A stretch of 64,000 nt of DNA from Thermodesulfovibrionales bacterium (GCA_963715195.1 CAVQRT010000007.1:160001-224000); one strand, 5' to 3'. Numbered from the stretch's first letter, positions 8,541-19,347 are shown. Notes: generated by a model from the sequence alone, not told the origin. Numbers and translations: made by a program.

Positions 8541-9614
8541 TCATGCTATGCGATTGATACCCACTTTTCGATACAACAGGGGAAAGTTCACATGCTCTGT
8601 GACGATATGCATACCGCGTTCCACTTTTTCCCTGTCACGCAACCTGAGCCTGATGGACAGTTTTTCCAATTTTTTTGCAACGCTGTAAGTGTCCTCCCGT
8701 ACCACGATCATCGGAATGTTCTTCTGCTCCGCTATCGAAAGGATGATCTCACTGGGATACAGGTCGCCGGTTAGGATCAGACAGACGGAACCTGATTCTA
8801 TGGCTGAAAGTTGAATATCAGACCGGTCGCCACCGACAATGACCGCATTATTGCGCATTTTTTTGAAATACTCGATAGCCTTGTCTACCTGCATTGCTCC
8901 GATCAGGAAATGTTCAACAAGGTTCGTGAGTTTATCGTGACAGCATAACACTTTCCCCCCGAGCATATCATTCAGTTCTTCTACGGTGACCGATCCGACT
9001 ATCGCATCATGAGGGATTACCCCGAGGATGTCTATCTTCTTGCGCTGAAGAAAAGGGAGGGTGTATTCATATGCACTTTGCTTCAGGTCCGCGGAGACTT
9101 TATTCAGAATAACGCCGAGAAACCGCTCTTTTAGGTCCTTTTTTGCCTGAAGCACATAATCGGCAATGTACTCGCCCTCGTATTTTACCACGAGAACAAC
9201 CTTCGCGTTGAGACGCTTGATGACCTCAAGTCCCTGAAGGCCAAGGTAACTTCCGGTATAGATGCTTCCATACCCGCCGATAATGACAATATCCTTGTTT
9301 CTGGATACTACTTCATGTGACTTCACAACCTTTGGCATGAGCCCTTTCATTTCTTTCCGATAACTTTTCACTTCAAGCTCCTGGGTGAGAACGACTGGGC
9401 ATAGTGCATGTAGGGGATCTTTCAGGTCAAGTGCCCGGTAAATGCGCCATGCATCATTGTCTGTAAGAATGTCGTTCACCTTTACCGGCAAGATGCCGAC
9501 CGGTTTTATATACCCTATGTTCAGTCCGTCCCTGATAAATTTGTAACCAAGCCCCATGGTTACGAGGGTCTTTCCGGTATAGCCTGAAGTTGATCCAATA
9601 TACAGAGAAACCAT
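8541..9614 (-). CDS. phosphotransacetylase N-terminal-family protein (BioD-like + DRTGG), no PTA catalytic domain
   Basis: ST..YTGKT, GY.KPVG, IGAM, VGGDRSDIQL.AIE, LILTG; GGAGGTGA RBS before ATG 9614. Confidence 0.88.
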   Translation of the reverse strand: MVSLYIGSTSGYTGKTLVTMGLGYKFIRDGLNIGYIKPVGILPVKVNDILTDNDAWRIYRALDLKDPLHALCPVVLTQELEVKSYRKEMKGLMPKVVKSHEVVSRNKDIVIIGGYGSIYTGSYLGLQGLEVIKRLNAKVVLVVKYEGEYIADYVLQAKKDLKERFLGVILNKVSADLKQSAYEYTLPFLQRKKIDILGVIPHDAIVGSVTVEELNDMLGGKVLCCHDKLTNLVEHFLIGAMQVDKAIEYFKKMRNNAVIVGGDRSDIQLSAIESGSVCLILTGDLYPSEIILSIAEQKNIPMIVVREDTYSVAKKLEKLSIRLRLRDREKVERGMHIVTEHVNFPLLYRKVGINRIA

Positions 9615-9615
9615 T

Positions 9616-11712
9616 TCAGTCACCTCCTATGGTAAAACGTGCATCGATTGCTACGAGGCCTTCTCCCCGGTCTTTTACCAGGAGGGGATTGATATCCGCC
9701 TCAACAATACGGGGGAAATCCGAAGCCATTTGTGACAAAACCAAAAGGGCATGTTCAATGGCTTCGATATCGACTTCGGCTTCTCCCCTGACTCCCCGCA
9801 GGAGGGGAAAAGACTTTGTCTCCCTGATCATTTCGTGAGCATCTTCTCTGCTCAATGGAGCGATCCGGAAAGCGACGTCCTTGAGGACTTCCACATAAAT
9901 GCCGCCCATGCCGAACATGATCAGATGACCGAACTGCGGGTCGCTGGTAATTCCCATGATGACCTCTTTTCCTTTCGGAACCATTTCCTGGATCAAAACG
10001 CCCTCAATATGTGCAGAAGGAAGAATATTCCTGACACGGGTCGTTATGTCGAAGAATGCATTTTTCACATCTCTCTTGGTGTTCAGATTAATTTTGACAC
10101 CGCCGATATCACTCTTATGGGAAATCTGCGGTGAGACGATTTTCATCACCACAGGGAAGCCTATTTCCCCGGCAGCGAAAATGGCTTCTCCCGGAGTGCG
10201 TGCAAACAGGCTTTTTGGCTGGGGGAACCCGTATGCATGCAGCACGTCGTGGACTTCCAGTTCATACAACCGGTCACGATTCTCTTCCTGTGCTTTTTTA
10301 AAAATATGAGCTGCTTTTTCCCGGTATTCTCCCGTTGCTGTAAAATGCCTCTCAGGTTTTTGAAGCCACAGGTGATACCGGTACATGGCATTCAGGGAAG
10401 TCACCATTTCTTCGGGATAACTGTAGTTTGGGATACCGTTTTTCAGGAGCAGTCTGGCACTCGCCTCAACGCGCATTTTCCCCATAAAGGATGTCAGTAT
10501 CGGTCTGTCAATCATTCGTGCAACATTGATCACGGCCTGTGCGGTTGCCTCAACGTCAATAACCGCAGTAGGAGTCAGCAGGACCATGACACTGTTTATT
10601 CTCTCATCCTTCAGGACTGTGATGAGTGTTTTTTCATACCGGTCTGCACCAGAATCTCCGAGGATATCGATTGGATTATAAAAGGAGGCAACAGCAGGCA
10701 GAAATGTCCTGAGCTCATCCACGTATTCCTTGTGGAGAGGAATAAGCTGAAGATTCGATTTGTCGCAGGCATCGGCGGTGAGGATGCCCGGCCCGCCAGA
10801 ATTGGTTATGATTGCCACGTTCGGACCCCGTGGAACAGGCTGATGAGCAAATGCAATGGCAAAATTGAACAGTTCGTTGAGCGTGTGTGCTCTGATGACG
10901 CCGCTCTGCTTAAATGCCGCGTCAAAAGCTGCTTCACGGCCCGCGAGTGCTCCGGTATGAGAGGAAGCAGCCTTTGCCCCTGAGGTGGTTATTCCGGATT
11001 TCAGAATAATGACCGGCTTTTTTCGCGATACCATGCGGGCAACCTCCATGAATTTTCTTCCGTCGCTCAGCCCTTCAATGTATCCTAAAATGACTTTTGT
11101 ATGATCATCTTCAGACAGGGCAAGCATGATATCCGTGTCCGTTATATCTGCCTTATTCCCCATACTGATAAATTTCGAAAATCCGATTCCGTCAGGGAGT
11201 GCACGATCGAGCACCGCGAGGCAGAGAGCGCCTGACTGAGAAAAGAAGCCGATGCTTCCCTGTGCAGGCATGCCGGCAGCAAATGATGCATTGATTTTCG
11301 AGTAGGTATCGATGATGCCCAGGCAATTCGGCCCGATAAACCTAACACCTGCCTGTTTTGCCTTGATGATCAGTTCATGTTCCAGCTTCAATCCGTCGGT
11401 GCCGCTCTCCCGAAACCCCGCCGAAATGATAATTGCAGAATCAATGTTTCTCGCTCCGCACTGGCCGATGATTTCGAGAACATTCATTGGCGGGACAACG
11501 ATGACTGCAAGGTCTATTTCTCCAGGCACATCGATGAGGGATGGATATGCCTTTTTTCCGAAAATCTCGGACGCTGCCGGATTAATCGGGTAAACCGTCC
11601 CGTCATAGCCATACTGAACGATATTCCTAAGAAGATCGTATCCTATCTTTCCGGGACTGCGGGATGCACCGACAACAGCAATGGATTGAGCGCGAAAAAA
11701 ATTACCGAGCAC
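9616..11712 (-). CDS. acetate/acyl-CoA ligase (NDP-forming), fused alpha-beta
   Basis: AVVGAS, GPNCLG, SQSGA, ASSHTG (phospho-His), NSGGPG, NPIDILGD, C-terminal ATP-grasp HKSDIGGV..DINP..DAR. Confidence 0.93.
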   Translation of the reverse strand: MLGNFFRAQSIAVVGASRSPGKIGYDLLRNIVQYGYDGTVYPINPAASEIFGKKAYPSLIDVPGEIDLAVIVVPPMNVLEIIGQCGARNIDSAIIISAGFRESGTDGLKLEHELIIKAKQAGVRFIGPNCLGIIDTYSKINASFAAGMPAQGSIGFFSQSGALCLAVLDRALPDGIGFSKFISMGNKADITDTDIMLALSEDDHTKVILGYIEGLSDGRKFMEVARMVSRKKPVIILKSGITTSGAKAASSHTGALAGREAAFDAAFKQSGVIRAHTLNELFNFAIAFAHQPVPRGPNVAIITNSGGPGILTADACDKSNLQLIPLHKEYVDELRTFLPAVASFYNPIDILGDSGADRYEKTLITVLKDERINSVMVLLTPTAVIDVEATAQAVINVARMIDRPILTSFMGKMRVEASARLLLKNGIPNYSYPEEMVTSLNAMYRYHLWLQKPERHFTATGEYREKAAHIFKKAQEENRDRLYELEVHDVLHAYGFPQPKSLFARTPGEAIFAAGEIGFPVVMKIVSPQISHKSDIGGVKINLNTKRDVKNAFFDITTRVRNILPSAHIEGVLIQEMVPKGKEVIMGITSDPQFGHLIMFGMGGIYVEVLKDVAFRIAPLSREDAHEMIRETKSFPLLRGVRGEAEVDIEAIEHALLVLSQMASDFPRIVEADINPLLVKDRGEGLVAIDARFTIGGD

Positions 11713-11767
11713 CTACCCTACCTTTGTGATAGATTTGACCAACTGATGACAACTGTGAAAAATAGTA

Positions 11768-11935
11768 TCAGGATTTCCTGCTGGTTTTGGAAAAAAACGG
11801 TGTCAGTTTCTTCGCTACGTTATCACTCCTGCAGTGCTCACAGGTTATTTTCGGTTTTTTCTCATATTCTCTAATGGACAAAAATACAACAAAATCTTTT
11901 TCACAGGCATTGCAATGGTATTCATACGCTGGCAT
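11768..11935 (-). CDS. FmdB-family zinc-ribbon protein, 55 aa (not in ORF track)
   Basis: GAGGAGG RBS; MPAYEYHCNACEKDF...TCEHCRSDNVAKKLTPFFSKTSRKS. Confidence 0.92.
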   Translation of the reverse strand: MPAYEYHCNACEKDFVVFLSIREYEKKPKITCEHCRSDNVAKKLTPFFSKTSRKS

Positions 11936-11991
11936 ACATACCTCCTCGCAAAGGAAATCATGAAGGTTATATCATAAAAGAGGAAGCAAAC

Positions 11992-13251
11992 TCAAGGGGC
12001 TTGCCCATCCAGGATGCCCCTGAGGCTCTCTTCCTGAACAGGACCGTAAACAGCAAGCGCAAGCATGTCCTTCCGTATAACAGACAGAGCAAGTTCTCTG
12101 ATTTGCTGCAATGTAATAGAATCGATCTCATCCATGATCTCTTTTGGTGAAAAATACTTCCCATGGTATATCTCCTGCCGTGCAATATTGTTCATCCGGC
12201 TGCTCGTTGATTCGAGTCCGAGAATAATATTTCCTTTCAGATGGTTTTTAGCCCGCTGCAGTTCCACGTCTGTAATGGTATCTTTCAGATGATGCATCTC
12301 CCCAAGGATGAGGTCTATGACTTCCCGGACTTTTTTCCTGCTCACGCCGGCATAGATGCCCCACAAGCCGGTATCGGAATACGAGGCGATAAAGGAATAG
12401 ATGGCATATGCCAATCCTCTTTTTTCCCGTATTTCCTGAAAAAGACGCGAGCTTACGCCGGCCCCCAGAATGGTATTTAAAGTAAACAGACAGTAGCGGT
12501 CCTTGCTTGCCTGATGGATGCCTTTGAACCCGAGACAGAGATGTGCTTCAGAGAGATCTTTGCCGAACATTCGCACCTTACTGTGAAAGCCCGGCGGTGC
12601 CCCCCTTTCAGGCTCAGAACCCCTTCTGAGCTTCCCGAGATTTTTATTCAGCATCGCAATGAGGTGTTCATGGTCGAAATTTCCGGCGCATGATATCACG
12701 ATATCCTTCGTTCCGTAATACTTTCTGATGTGTGCCATAAGGTTGTCCCGTGTGAACGTCCTGATCGTCTCTCTCCTGCCGAGCACAGGCTGTCCAATGC
12801 CTGAAAGCCCCCAGATGGTCTGGTTGAAGAGATCATGGATATAATCATCGGGTGTGTCCTCAACCATCTTTATCTCTTCCTTGATGATTTTTTTCTCTTT
12901 CTCGATATCCTCAGCAGGAAATACTGAATTCAGAAACATGTCTGTCAGCAGATCAAGTCCTTTTTCAAGGAACTCATCGAGCACCTTTACATAAAACGTC
13001 GTCGTTTCGCGCGAGGTAAAGGCGTTCAGTTCACCGCCCAGAGAGTCAGTTTCGATAGCGATATCTTTTGCGGTTCGTCTTTTTGTTCCTTTGAAAAACA
13101 TATGTTCGAGAAAGTGGGATATCCCGTTCTGTTCGGGTTTCTCATTTCTAGACCCGACTTTTACCCATATCCCGATAACGACAGACCGTACCCCCTTCAA
13201 TGACTCCATAACAACCGGCACGCCGTTTATGAGATATTCTTTCCTAAACAT
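11992..13251 (-). CDS. M16 family (pitrilysin-like) zinc peptidase
   Basis: HFLEH (HxxEH), NAFTSRE, SSRLFQEIREKRGLAY; usual position after pnp. Confidence 0.94.
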   Translation of the reverse strand: MFRKEYLINGVPVVMESLKGVRSVVIGIWVKVGSRNEKPEQNGISHFLEHMFFKGTKRRTAKDIAIETDSLGGELNAFTSRETTTFYVKVLDEFLEKGLDLLTDMFLNSVFPAEDIEKEKKIIKEEIKMVEDTPDDYIHDLFNQTIWGLSGIGQPVLGRRETIRTFTRDNLMAHIRKYYGTKDIVISCAGNFDHEHLIAMLNKNLGKLRRGSEPERGAPPGFHSKVRMFGKDLSEAHLCLGFKGIHQASKDRYCLFTLNTILGAGVSSRLFQEIREKRGLAYAIYSFIASYSDTGLWGIYAGVSRKKVREVIDLILGEMHHLKDTITDVELQRAKNHLKGNIILGLESTSSRMNNIARQEIYHGKYFSPKEIMDEIDSITLQQIRELALSVIRKDMLALAVYGPVQEESLRGILDGQAP

Positions 13252-13294
13252 GCTCTCCTCAAACAGTCAAGACGCTTTCTCTGTTGCTGAAATG

Positions 13295-13326
13295 AAAAAA
13301 GGGGATAGAGCAACCTAATCCCCCTT
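13295..13326 (-). terminator. intrinsic terminator after pnp
   Basis: Minus strand GGGGATTAG-loop-CTATCCCC followed by T6. Confidence 0.75.
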
Positions 13327-13347
13327 CCCGTTTTATGTCCATGGATC

Positions 13348-15444
13348 TTACTGCTCTTTTGAAATTCCCTTTTCCCGCAACGCCTCTTTCCTGGACAAAC
13401 GTACTCTGCCCATCTTATCGATCTCGATTACCTTCACCAGGATTTCGTCTCCCTCGCGTACCTCGTCTGTGACTTTTGCAATTCGCTTATCGGATATTTG
13501 GGATATGTGAAGCAGGCCTTCGGTTCCGGGAAGAATTTCGATAAATGCACCAAAATCGACGATTCGCTTTACCTTGCCGAGGTAGAGTTTTCCCATCTCA
13601 GCTTCTGCAGTAATACTGTTAATGATATCGATGGCCTTTTGGGCAGACTCGCCGTCAGGTGAAGCTATGTTGATGAGGCCACTGTCCTCTATGTCTATTT
13701 TCACCCCTGTTTGTTCGACGATTCCCCGGATCACCTTTCCCCCGGTTCCGATCACGTCACGAATCTTCTCCTGCTTGATCTGCAGGGTGTAGATCCTCGG
13801 AGCATACGGAGCAAGATTTTCCCGTGGTGCATGAATGCAGTCATTCATTTTTTCGAGAATATGCAATCTCCCCTGCCGTGCCTGTTCGATCGCGGTTTCC
13901 ATGATGCCGCGAGAAATACCGCCTATCTTCGTATCAAGCTGGAATGCGGTTATGCCCTTTGCTGTTCCGGTAACCTTGAAATCCATATCGCCGAGATGAT
14001 CTTCGAGTCCGAGAATATCGGTAAGGATCACAACCGTATCCTGTTCCTTGATCAGTCCCATCGCAATGCCTGCAACGTGCGATCTGATCGGGACTCCGGC
14101 ATCCATAAGAGCAAGGGAACCTCCGCAAACCGTTGCCATGGAGGAGGAACCATTTGACTCCAGGATATCCGAGACGATCCGAATCGTATACGGGAAATCC
14201 AATTTGGGAGGGATCAGGGATTTCAGAGCCCTCTCCGCAAGTATTCCGTGTCCTATTTCACGCCTTCCCGGAGACCGTAAGGGCTTTACCTCACCCACGC
14301 TGAAGGGCGGAAAATTATAATGCAACATGAAGGTCTTGTATGATTCACCTTCCAGCGAATCGATCTTCTGCTCATCATCAGAAGTTCCGAGGGTTACAAC
14401 CGTGAGGCACTGGGTTTCACCCCTGATAAAGAGGGCTGACCCGTGCGTTCTCGGAAGAATTCCAATCTCTGCACTGATATCTCTGATGTCTTGTGGTGTT
14501 CTTCCGTCAGCCCGTCTATTTTCGTTGATGATCATGCCACGGACGAGATTTTTTTCCGTCTCGTGGAACTCGTGCATAATATCCCTTGATATATCGTTAT
14601 CGGGTTGATTGAGCTGCTCAACCAGCTCCTTGAGTATCTCGTCAAGCGCTTTCTGCCTCCGCAACTTATCAGGAATTGATATCGCCGTTTTCATCTTCTC
14701 AAGGGACAATTCCCTGATGCGCTTTCTGAGTTCTTCATGAACAACCGGCACGGCAACGGCCCTTTTTTCTCTTCCGGCAATCGACCGAAGCTCTTTCTGT
14801 ACGATGCAGAGGCGCTGTATCTCGCGGTGGGCAACGTCCAAAGCCTCAAGGAGATCGGGTTCCGAAATCTCCTGCGCCTCACCTTCCACCATAACCACCG
14901 CATCCTCCGTACCAGCAACAACGAGATTGAGATCGCATTCCTCGGTCTCCCTGATGTCAGGATTGATTACGAAGGAACCTGCAATCCGTCCGATCCTGAC
15001 AGCAGCCACCGGGAATTTGAAGGGGATATCTGAAATGTTGAGGGATGCAGATATGCTGATAATACCCAGGATATCCGCAATATTTTCATCCCCGTATGAG
15101 AGGACATTGACAATACACTGCGTTTCACAGTAAAACCCTTCCTCGAAGAGAGGCCTGATAGGCCTGTCAATAAGCCGGGATGTCAGAATCTCCTTCTCTG
15201 AGGGTCTCCCTTCCCTCTTGAAAAAACCGCCGGGAATTTTCCCAGCCGAATAAGCCTTTTCCTGATAGTCTACGGTGAGAGGGAAAAAATCAAGACCTTC
15301 CTTCGGATTTTTATCTGCTACTGCCGTCGCCAGCACAACCGTATCTCCGTACTGGGCGACCACTGCTCCGTCAGCCTGTTTGGCAAATTTTCCTGTAGCA
15401 AGCGTAAGCTTTTTCCCGCGAACCTCAATTTCGACCGTGTGCAT
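13348..15444 (-). CDS. pnp: polyribonucleotide nucleotidyltransferase
   Basis: DFFPLTVDY, RRE.GHG, ESNGSSSMA, GDMDFKV, KH and S1 domains. Confidence 0.98.
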   Translation of the reverse strand: MHTVEIEVRGKKLTLATGKFAKQADGAVVAQYGDTVVLATAVADKNPKEGLDFFPLTVDYQEKAYSAGKIPGGFFKREGRPSEKEILTSRLIDRPIRPLFEEGFYCETQCIVNVLSYGDENIADILGIISISASLNISDIPFKFPVAAVRIGRIAGSFVINPDIRETEECDLNLVVAGTEDAVVMVEGEAQEISEPDLLEALDVAHREIQRLCIVQKELRSIAGREKRAVAVPVVHEELRKRIRELSLEKMKTAISIPDKLRRQKALDEILKELVEQLNQPDNDISRDIMHEFHETEKNLVRGMIINENRRADGRTPQDIRDISAEIGILPRTHGSALFIRGETQCLTVVTLGTSDDEQKIDSLEGESYKTFMLHYNFPPFSVGEVKPLRSPGRREIGHGILAERALKSLIPPKLDFPYTIRIVSDILESNGSSSMATVCGGSLALMDAGVPIRSHVAGIAMGLIKEQDTVVILTDILGLEDHLGDMDFKVTGTAKGITAFQLDTKIGGISRGIMETAIEQARQGRLHILEKMNDCIHAPRENLAPYAPRIYTLQIKQEKIRDVIGTGGKVIRGIVEQTGVKIDIEDSGLINIASPDGESAQKAIDIINSITAEAEMGKLYLGKVKRIVDFGAFIEILPGTEGLLHISQISDKRIAKVTDEVREGDEILVKVIEIDKMGRVRLSRKEALREKGISKEQ

Positions 15445-15713
15445 TACTTTCGTATTTCCAATCGCTCAATGACGGTCTTGTAGCGATCTTTATCCGATTT
15501 CTTGAGGTAGTCAAGTAATTTCCTTCTCTGGCTGACGAGTTTAAGAAGGCCTCTCCTTGAGTGGTGATCTTTCTTGTGGGTCTTGAAATGCTCTGTCAGG
15601 TAATTTATGCGCGTGCTGAGCAGGGCTATCTGGACTTCAGGGGAACCGGTGTCTGAATCGTGAATCCGGTAATCGCTGATGATGTTCAGTTTTGCTGTCT
15701 TGTCAATCGACAT
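15444..15713 (-). CDS. rpsO: 30S ribosomal protein S15
   Basis: [34 protein letters not shown]. Confidence 0.99.
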   Translation of the reverse strand: MSIDKTAKLNIISDYRIHDSDTGSPEVQIALLSTRINYLTEHFKTHKKDHHSRRGLLKLVSQRRKLLDYLKKSDKDRYKTVIERLEIRK

Positions 15714-15842
15714 CTATTCACCGCCTTTCGAATGTTTTGTGCAATAGTTACGTTACCATAGAATTCAGGTATCTGTAAAGAAACAGACGATTTTGCAACA
15801 AGCTGTGTAATTTGCCGGATTGTGTCTATAAGGGGTCATAAC

Positions 15843-15874
15843 AAAAAATAGCCGGGCTCATCCTCGGCTATTTT
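15843..15874 (-). terminator. intrinsic terminator after ppdK
   Basis: AAAATAGCCG...CGGCTATTTT inverted repeat with T-tail on minus strand. Confidence 0.8.
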
Positions 15875-15896
15875 CAATGAAGACAATGAACTGTTT

Positions 15897-18566
15897 TTAT
15901 ACCGTAGATTTCGTCAGATCCTTCTTCATTTTCTCCTTAAGGGTAGCATGCGCTGCAGCGAGTCTGGCAATGGGTACACGGTACGGGGAACAGCTCACAT
16001 AATCAAGCCCTATCTTGTGGCAGAATTCGACGGATTTGGGATCCCCCCCGTGTTCACCGCATATCCCCATTTTCAAGTTCTTCTTTGTCTTTCTTCCCTT
16101 TGCAACAGCGATCTGCATAAGAAGTCCTATCCCCTGCTGGTCGAGAGAGATGAATGGATCGTTTTCGAGAATACCCTTTTCAACATAATAGGGAAGAAAC
16201 CGTCCTGCGTCGTCCCGCGAGAGTCCAAATGCCGTCTGTGTGAGGTCATTCGTCCCGAAAGAATAAAAATCAGCCTGTGTGGCGATCTCGTCCGCTGTAA
16301 TTGCCGCCCGTGGCAGCTCTATCATGGTCCCTACCGTGTAGATAATTTTTGTTTTATATTCCTTCTGAACTTCATCAGCGGTTCTAACCGTCAGTTCCCT
16401 CATCATTTTCAGCTCGTTCACGTGTCCGACCAGCGGAATCATGATCTCCGGTATTACTTTCACCCGTTGCTTCGAAAGCTCACATACAGCCTCGATGATT
16501 GCCCTTACCTGCATTTCATAAATCTCCGGATAGGTAATACCAAGCCTGCACCCCCGGTGACCAAGCATTGGATTGAACTCCTCCAACGACCTGTTTCGTG
16601 CCTTCAGTTTCTCAACGGGCGCCTCCATGGAGGTGGCAAGGGACCGGATCTCTTCTTCGGTATGGGGCAGAAATTCATGGAGCGGAGGGTCGAGGAGACG
16701 GATGGTAACGGGTAATCCCTTCATTACCTTGAAGATTTCCATAAAGTCGCTCTTTTGCATCGGGAGGAGTTTGACGAGAGCCTTTTTTCTTCCTTCAGTA
16801 TCATCAGAAAGAATCATTTCTCGAACGGCACTGATCCTCTCGGGCGCAAAAAACATATGCTCTGTCCTGCAAAGACCAATCCCTACAGCACCAAATTTCC
16901 GTGCAACCTCTGAATCATGAGCGGTATCGGCATTGGTTCTTACGCCGAGTTTCTGGTATTCATTAACCCATTTCATAAAGGTTCCGAAGTCACCGGTCAA
17001 TTCAGGCGTGACAAGCGGAACCTGCCCGAGCATAACCTCGCCAGTCGTTCCGTTCAGGGTTATGTAATCCCATTCCTTTACGGTGAGGTCATTGACCGTG
17101 AAATACCTCTGTACCTCGTTGATATTGATGGCACCGCAACCTGCAATACAGCACTTTCCCATACCCCGCGCAACAACAGCGGCATGTGACGTCATGCCGC
17201 CCCGCGCCGTGAGAATTCCCTGCGCTGCGTTCATTCCCCCGATATCTTCAGGGGATGTTTCTGCCCTCACGAGAATAACGTGTTCTCCTCTTTCCGCAGC
17301 CTTTTCAGCATCTTCCGCTGTAAAAACAACTTTCCCGACTGCTGCACCTGGTGAGGCGGGAAGGCCCTTCGCAACAACTGTTGCACTAGCTTTCGGATCA
17401 ATCATCGGGTGGAGGAGCTGGTCAAGCTGCTGGGGGTCGATCCTCAATATTGCCGTCTTTTTGTCAATGACCTTCTCTTTGACCAGATCTATGGCGATCC
17501 TGAGTGCGGCGGCAGCAGTTCTCTTTCCGACCCTTGTTTGGAGCATATAGAGTTTCCCTTCCTGCACGGTGAACTCTATGTCAAGCATGTCCTTATAGTG
17601 TCGTTCAAGTTTTTTATAAATGGTGTCGAGTTCCCGGTATGCCTTGGGGAGGCGTTTCCTAAGTTCTTCAATTCTCAGCGGAGTTCTGATTCCCGCGACG
17701 ACATCTTCACCCTGCGCATTGATGAGGCATTCGGCAAAAAATCTTTTCTCCCCGGTGGAGGGATCCCGTGTGAAACCGACTCCGGTTCCTGAATTCTCTC
17801 CGAGGTTTCCAAATACCATGGACTGAATATTGCAAGCGGTGCCGAGATTATCAGGGATTTCATTTAATTTTCTGTATTTGACGGCCCTGTCACCAAACCA
17901 TGAGCCGAAAACAGCATTGATAGCCTTACTGAGCTGTTCCAGAGGTTCCGAAGGAAAATCCTCTCCGGTATTTTTCCTGTATATCCTCTTGAATTCCTGA
18001 ACAAGGGTTTTCAGATCATCAGCCGTAAGCTCGGTGTCCAGGCGGACCCCTCTCTCCTCCTTCATATCTTCAAGCGATTTTTCGAACCTCTGCCTGTCAA
18101 CACCCATAACAATATTGCCAAACATAGTAATCAGCCTTCTGTAAGCATCATACACAAAACGTTCATTGTTCGTCTTTTTAATCAATGCATTGATCGTTGC
18201 ATCATTCAGCCCAAGATTCAGCACGGTATCCATCATGCCCGGCATTGAAAATTTAGCCCCTGAACGGACCGAGACAAGGAGGGGATTGTCAGGGTTACCG
18301 AATTTCATTCCCATCGCCCTTTCAACCTTCCTGAGATTTTCAAGAACCTGCTGCCACATTCCGGGAGGATATTTCTTGCCTGCTTTGAAATATTCGTTGC
18401 ATGCCTCTGTGCTAATGGTAAATCCCGCGGGTACCGGTATCTTCAGATTTGTCATTTCTGCAAGCCCTGCACCTTTGCCGCCGAGGAGGTCTTTCAAAGT
18501 TCCTTTTCCATCAGCCTTGCCGTTTCCGAAAAAGAAAACATATTTCTTGAGAGCTTTTTTAGCCAT
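15897..18566 (-). CDS. ppdK: pyruvate, phosphate dikinase
   Basis: LLGGKGA, SVRSGA..SMPGMMDT, GGMTSHAAVVAR, FSFGTNDLTQ-like YSFGTNDLTQ, GICGEHGG; start MAKK at 18566 after GGGAGG. Confidence 0.98.
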   Translation of the reverse strand: MAKKALKKYVFFFGNGKADGKGTLKDLLGGKGAGLAEMTNLKIPVPAGFTISTEACNEYFKAGKKYPPGMWQQVLENLRKVERAMGMKFGNPDNPLLVSVRSGAKFSMPGMMDTVLNLGLNDATINALIKKTNNERFVYDAYRRLITMFGNIVMGVDRQRFEKSLEDMKEERGVRLDTELTADDLKTLVQEFKRIYRKNTGEDFPSEPLEQLSKAINAVFGSWFGDRAVKYRKLNEIPDNLGTACNIQSMVFGNLGENSGTGVGFTRDPSTGEKRFFAECLINAQGEDVVAGIRTPLRIEELRKRLPKAYRELDTIYKKLERHYKDMLDIEFTVQEGKLYMLQTRVGKRTAAAALRIAIDLVKEKVIDKKTAILRIDPQQLDQLLHPMIDPKASATVVAKGLPASPGAAVGKVVFTAEDAEKAAERGEHVILVRAETSPEDIGGMNAAQGILTARGGMTSHAAVVARGMGKCCIAGCGAININEVQRYFTVNDLTVKEWDYITLNGTTGEVMLGQVPLVTPELTGDFGTFMKWVNEYQKLGVRTNADTAHDSEVARKFGAVGIGLCRTEHMFFAPERISAVREMILSDDTEGRKKALVKLLPMQKSDFMEIFKVMKGLPVTIRLLDPPLHEFLPHTEEEIRSLATSMEAPVEKLKARNRSLEEFNPMLGHRGCRLGITYPEIYEMQVRAIIEAVCELSKQRVKVIPEIMIPLVGHVNELKMMRELTVRTADEVQKEYKTKIIYTVGTMIELPRAAITADEIATQADFYSFGTNDLTQTAFGLSRDDAGRFLPYYVEKGILENDPFISLDQQGIGLLMQIAVAKGRKTKKNLKMGICGEHGGDPKSVEFCHKIGLDYVSCSPYRVPIARLAAAHATLKEKMKKDLTKSTV

Positions 18567-18758
18567 TCCGACACCCTCCCAATGTTTTTTGGATATTAGC
18601 ATACCTCACAACCCCGATAAATTCAATCCTCGCGGATGACATGAAACGTGTTCCCGATAAACCCAGGAGGCTTCCTGCAAGGAAGATTAATTTTCTTGAC
18701 TTAAATGTGCCGGTGCTTAAAAATACAGATGCAAAAGAGGAAGAGAAAGGAGCGAGAG

Positions 18759-19334
18759 ATGCAAAGATTAAGTATTTTTTTTATGACAGTTTTCGCGTTC
18801 ACTATTCTTAACGTCGCGTTTATTCATGCGGCGGACACGACTCCCGAAAAAGGAGAGGCTTTTCCTGAAATTACGATGCCCATACCAGAAAAAGATGCTG
18901 ATAAGGCATATCTCGGATTATCCGGAAAAGTAGAATTCAAGCTATCAGAGATAAAAGCCGATGTGCTCATTATCGAAATCTTCAGCATGTATTGTCCTTA
19001 CTGTCAGAAGGAAGCCCCGCTCGTGAATGATCTCTACCAGGCAATCGACAAGGACCCCGGCTTGAAGGAAAAGATCAAGATGATCGGTATTGGCGCAGGC
19101 AACACCCCTTTTGAGGTTGACATCTTCAGAAACCAATTCAAGATTCCATTCCCGCTTTTTGCCGATGACTCGTTCACTGTTCATAAGCGGGTTGGCGAAG
19201 TGAGAACACCGTACTTTTTTGTCCTGAAAGTGAACGCTGATAGATCGAATACACTCATCTATTCAAAAGTCGGAACCATACGGGACCCGGCTCAGTTCCT
19301 TAAACTCATTCTGAACGAAGCAGACTTAAAATAA
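18759..19334 (+). CDS. exported TlpA-like redoxin (CPYC)
   Basis: Signal peptide; IEIFSMYCPYCQ; cis-Pro TPYF. Confidence 0.85.
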   Translation: MQRLSIFFMTVFAFTILNVAFIHAADTTPEKGEAFPEITMPIPEKDADKAYLGLSGKVEFKLSEIKADVLIIEIFSMYCPYCQKEAPLVNDLYQAIDKDPGLKEKIKMIGIGAGNTPFEVDIFRNQFKIPFPLFADDSFTVHKRVGEVRTPYFFVLKVNADRSNTLIYSKVGTIRDPAQFLKLILNEADLK

Positions 19335-19347
19335 GGGAGGTATCGTG

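Noticed and set aside
10237..10983. Long antisense ORFs (also 15948..16715, 28797..29492, 31377..32144)
   Set aside because: Shadow frames of well-supported genes, no motifs
18613..18661. CCCGATAAA direct repeat between ppdK and redoxins
   Set aside because: Only two 9-bp copies with no other support
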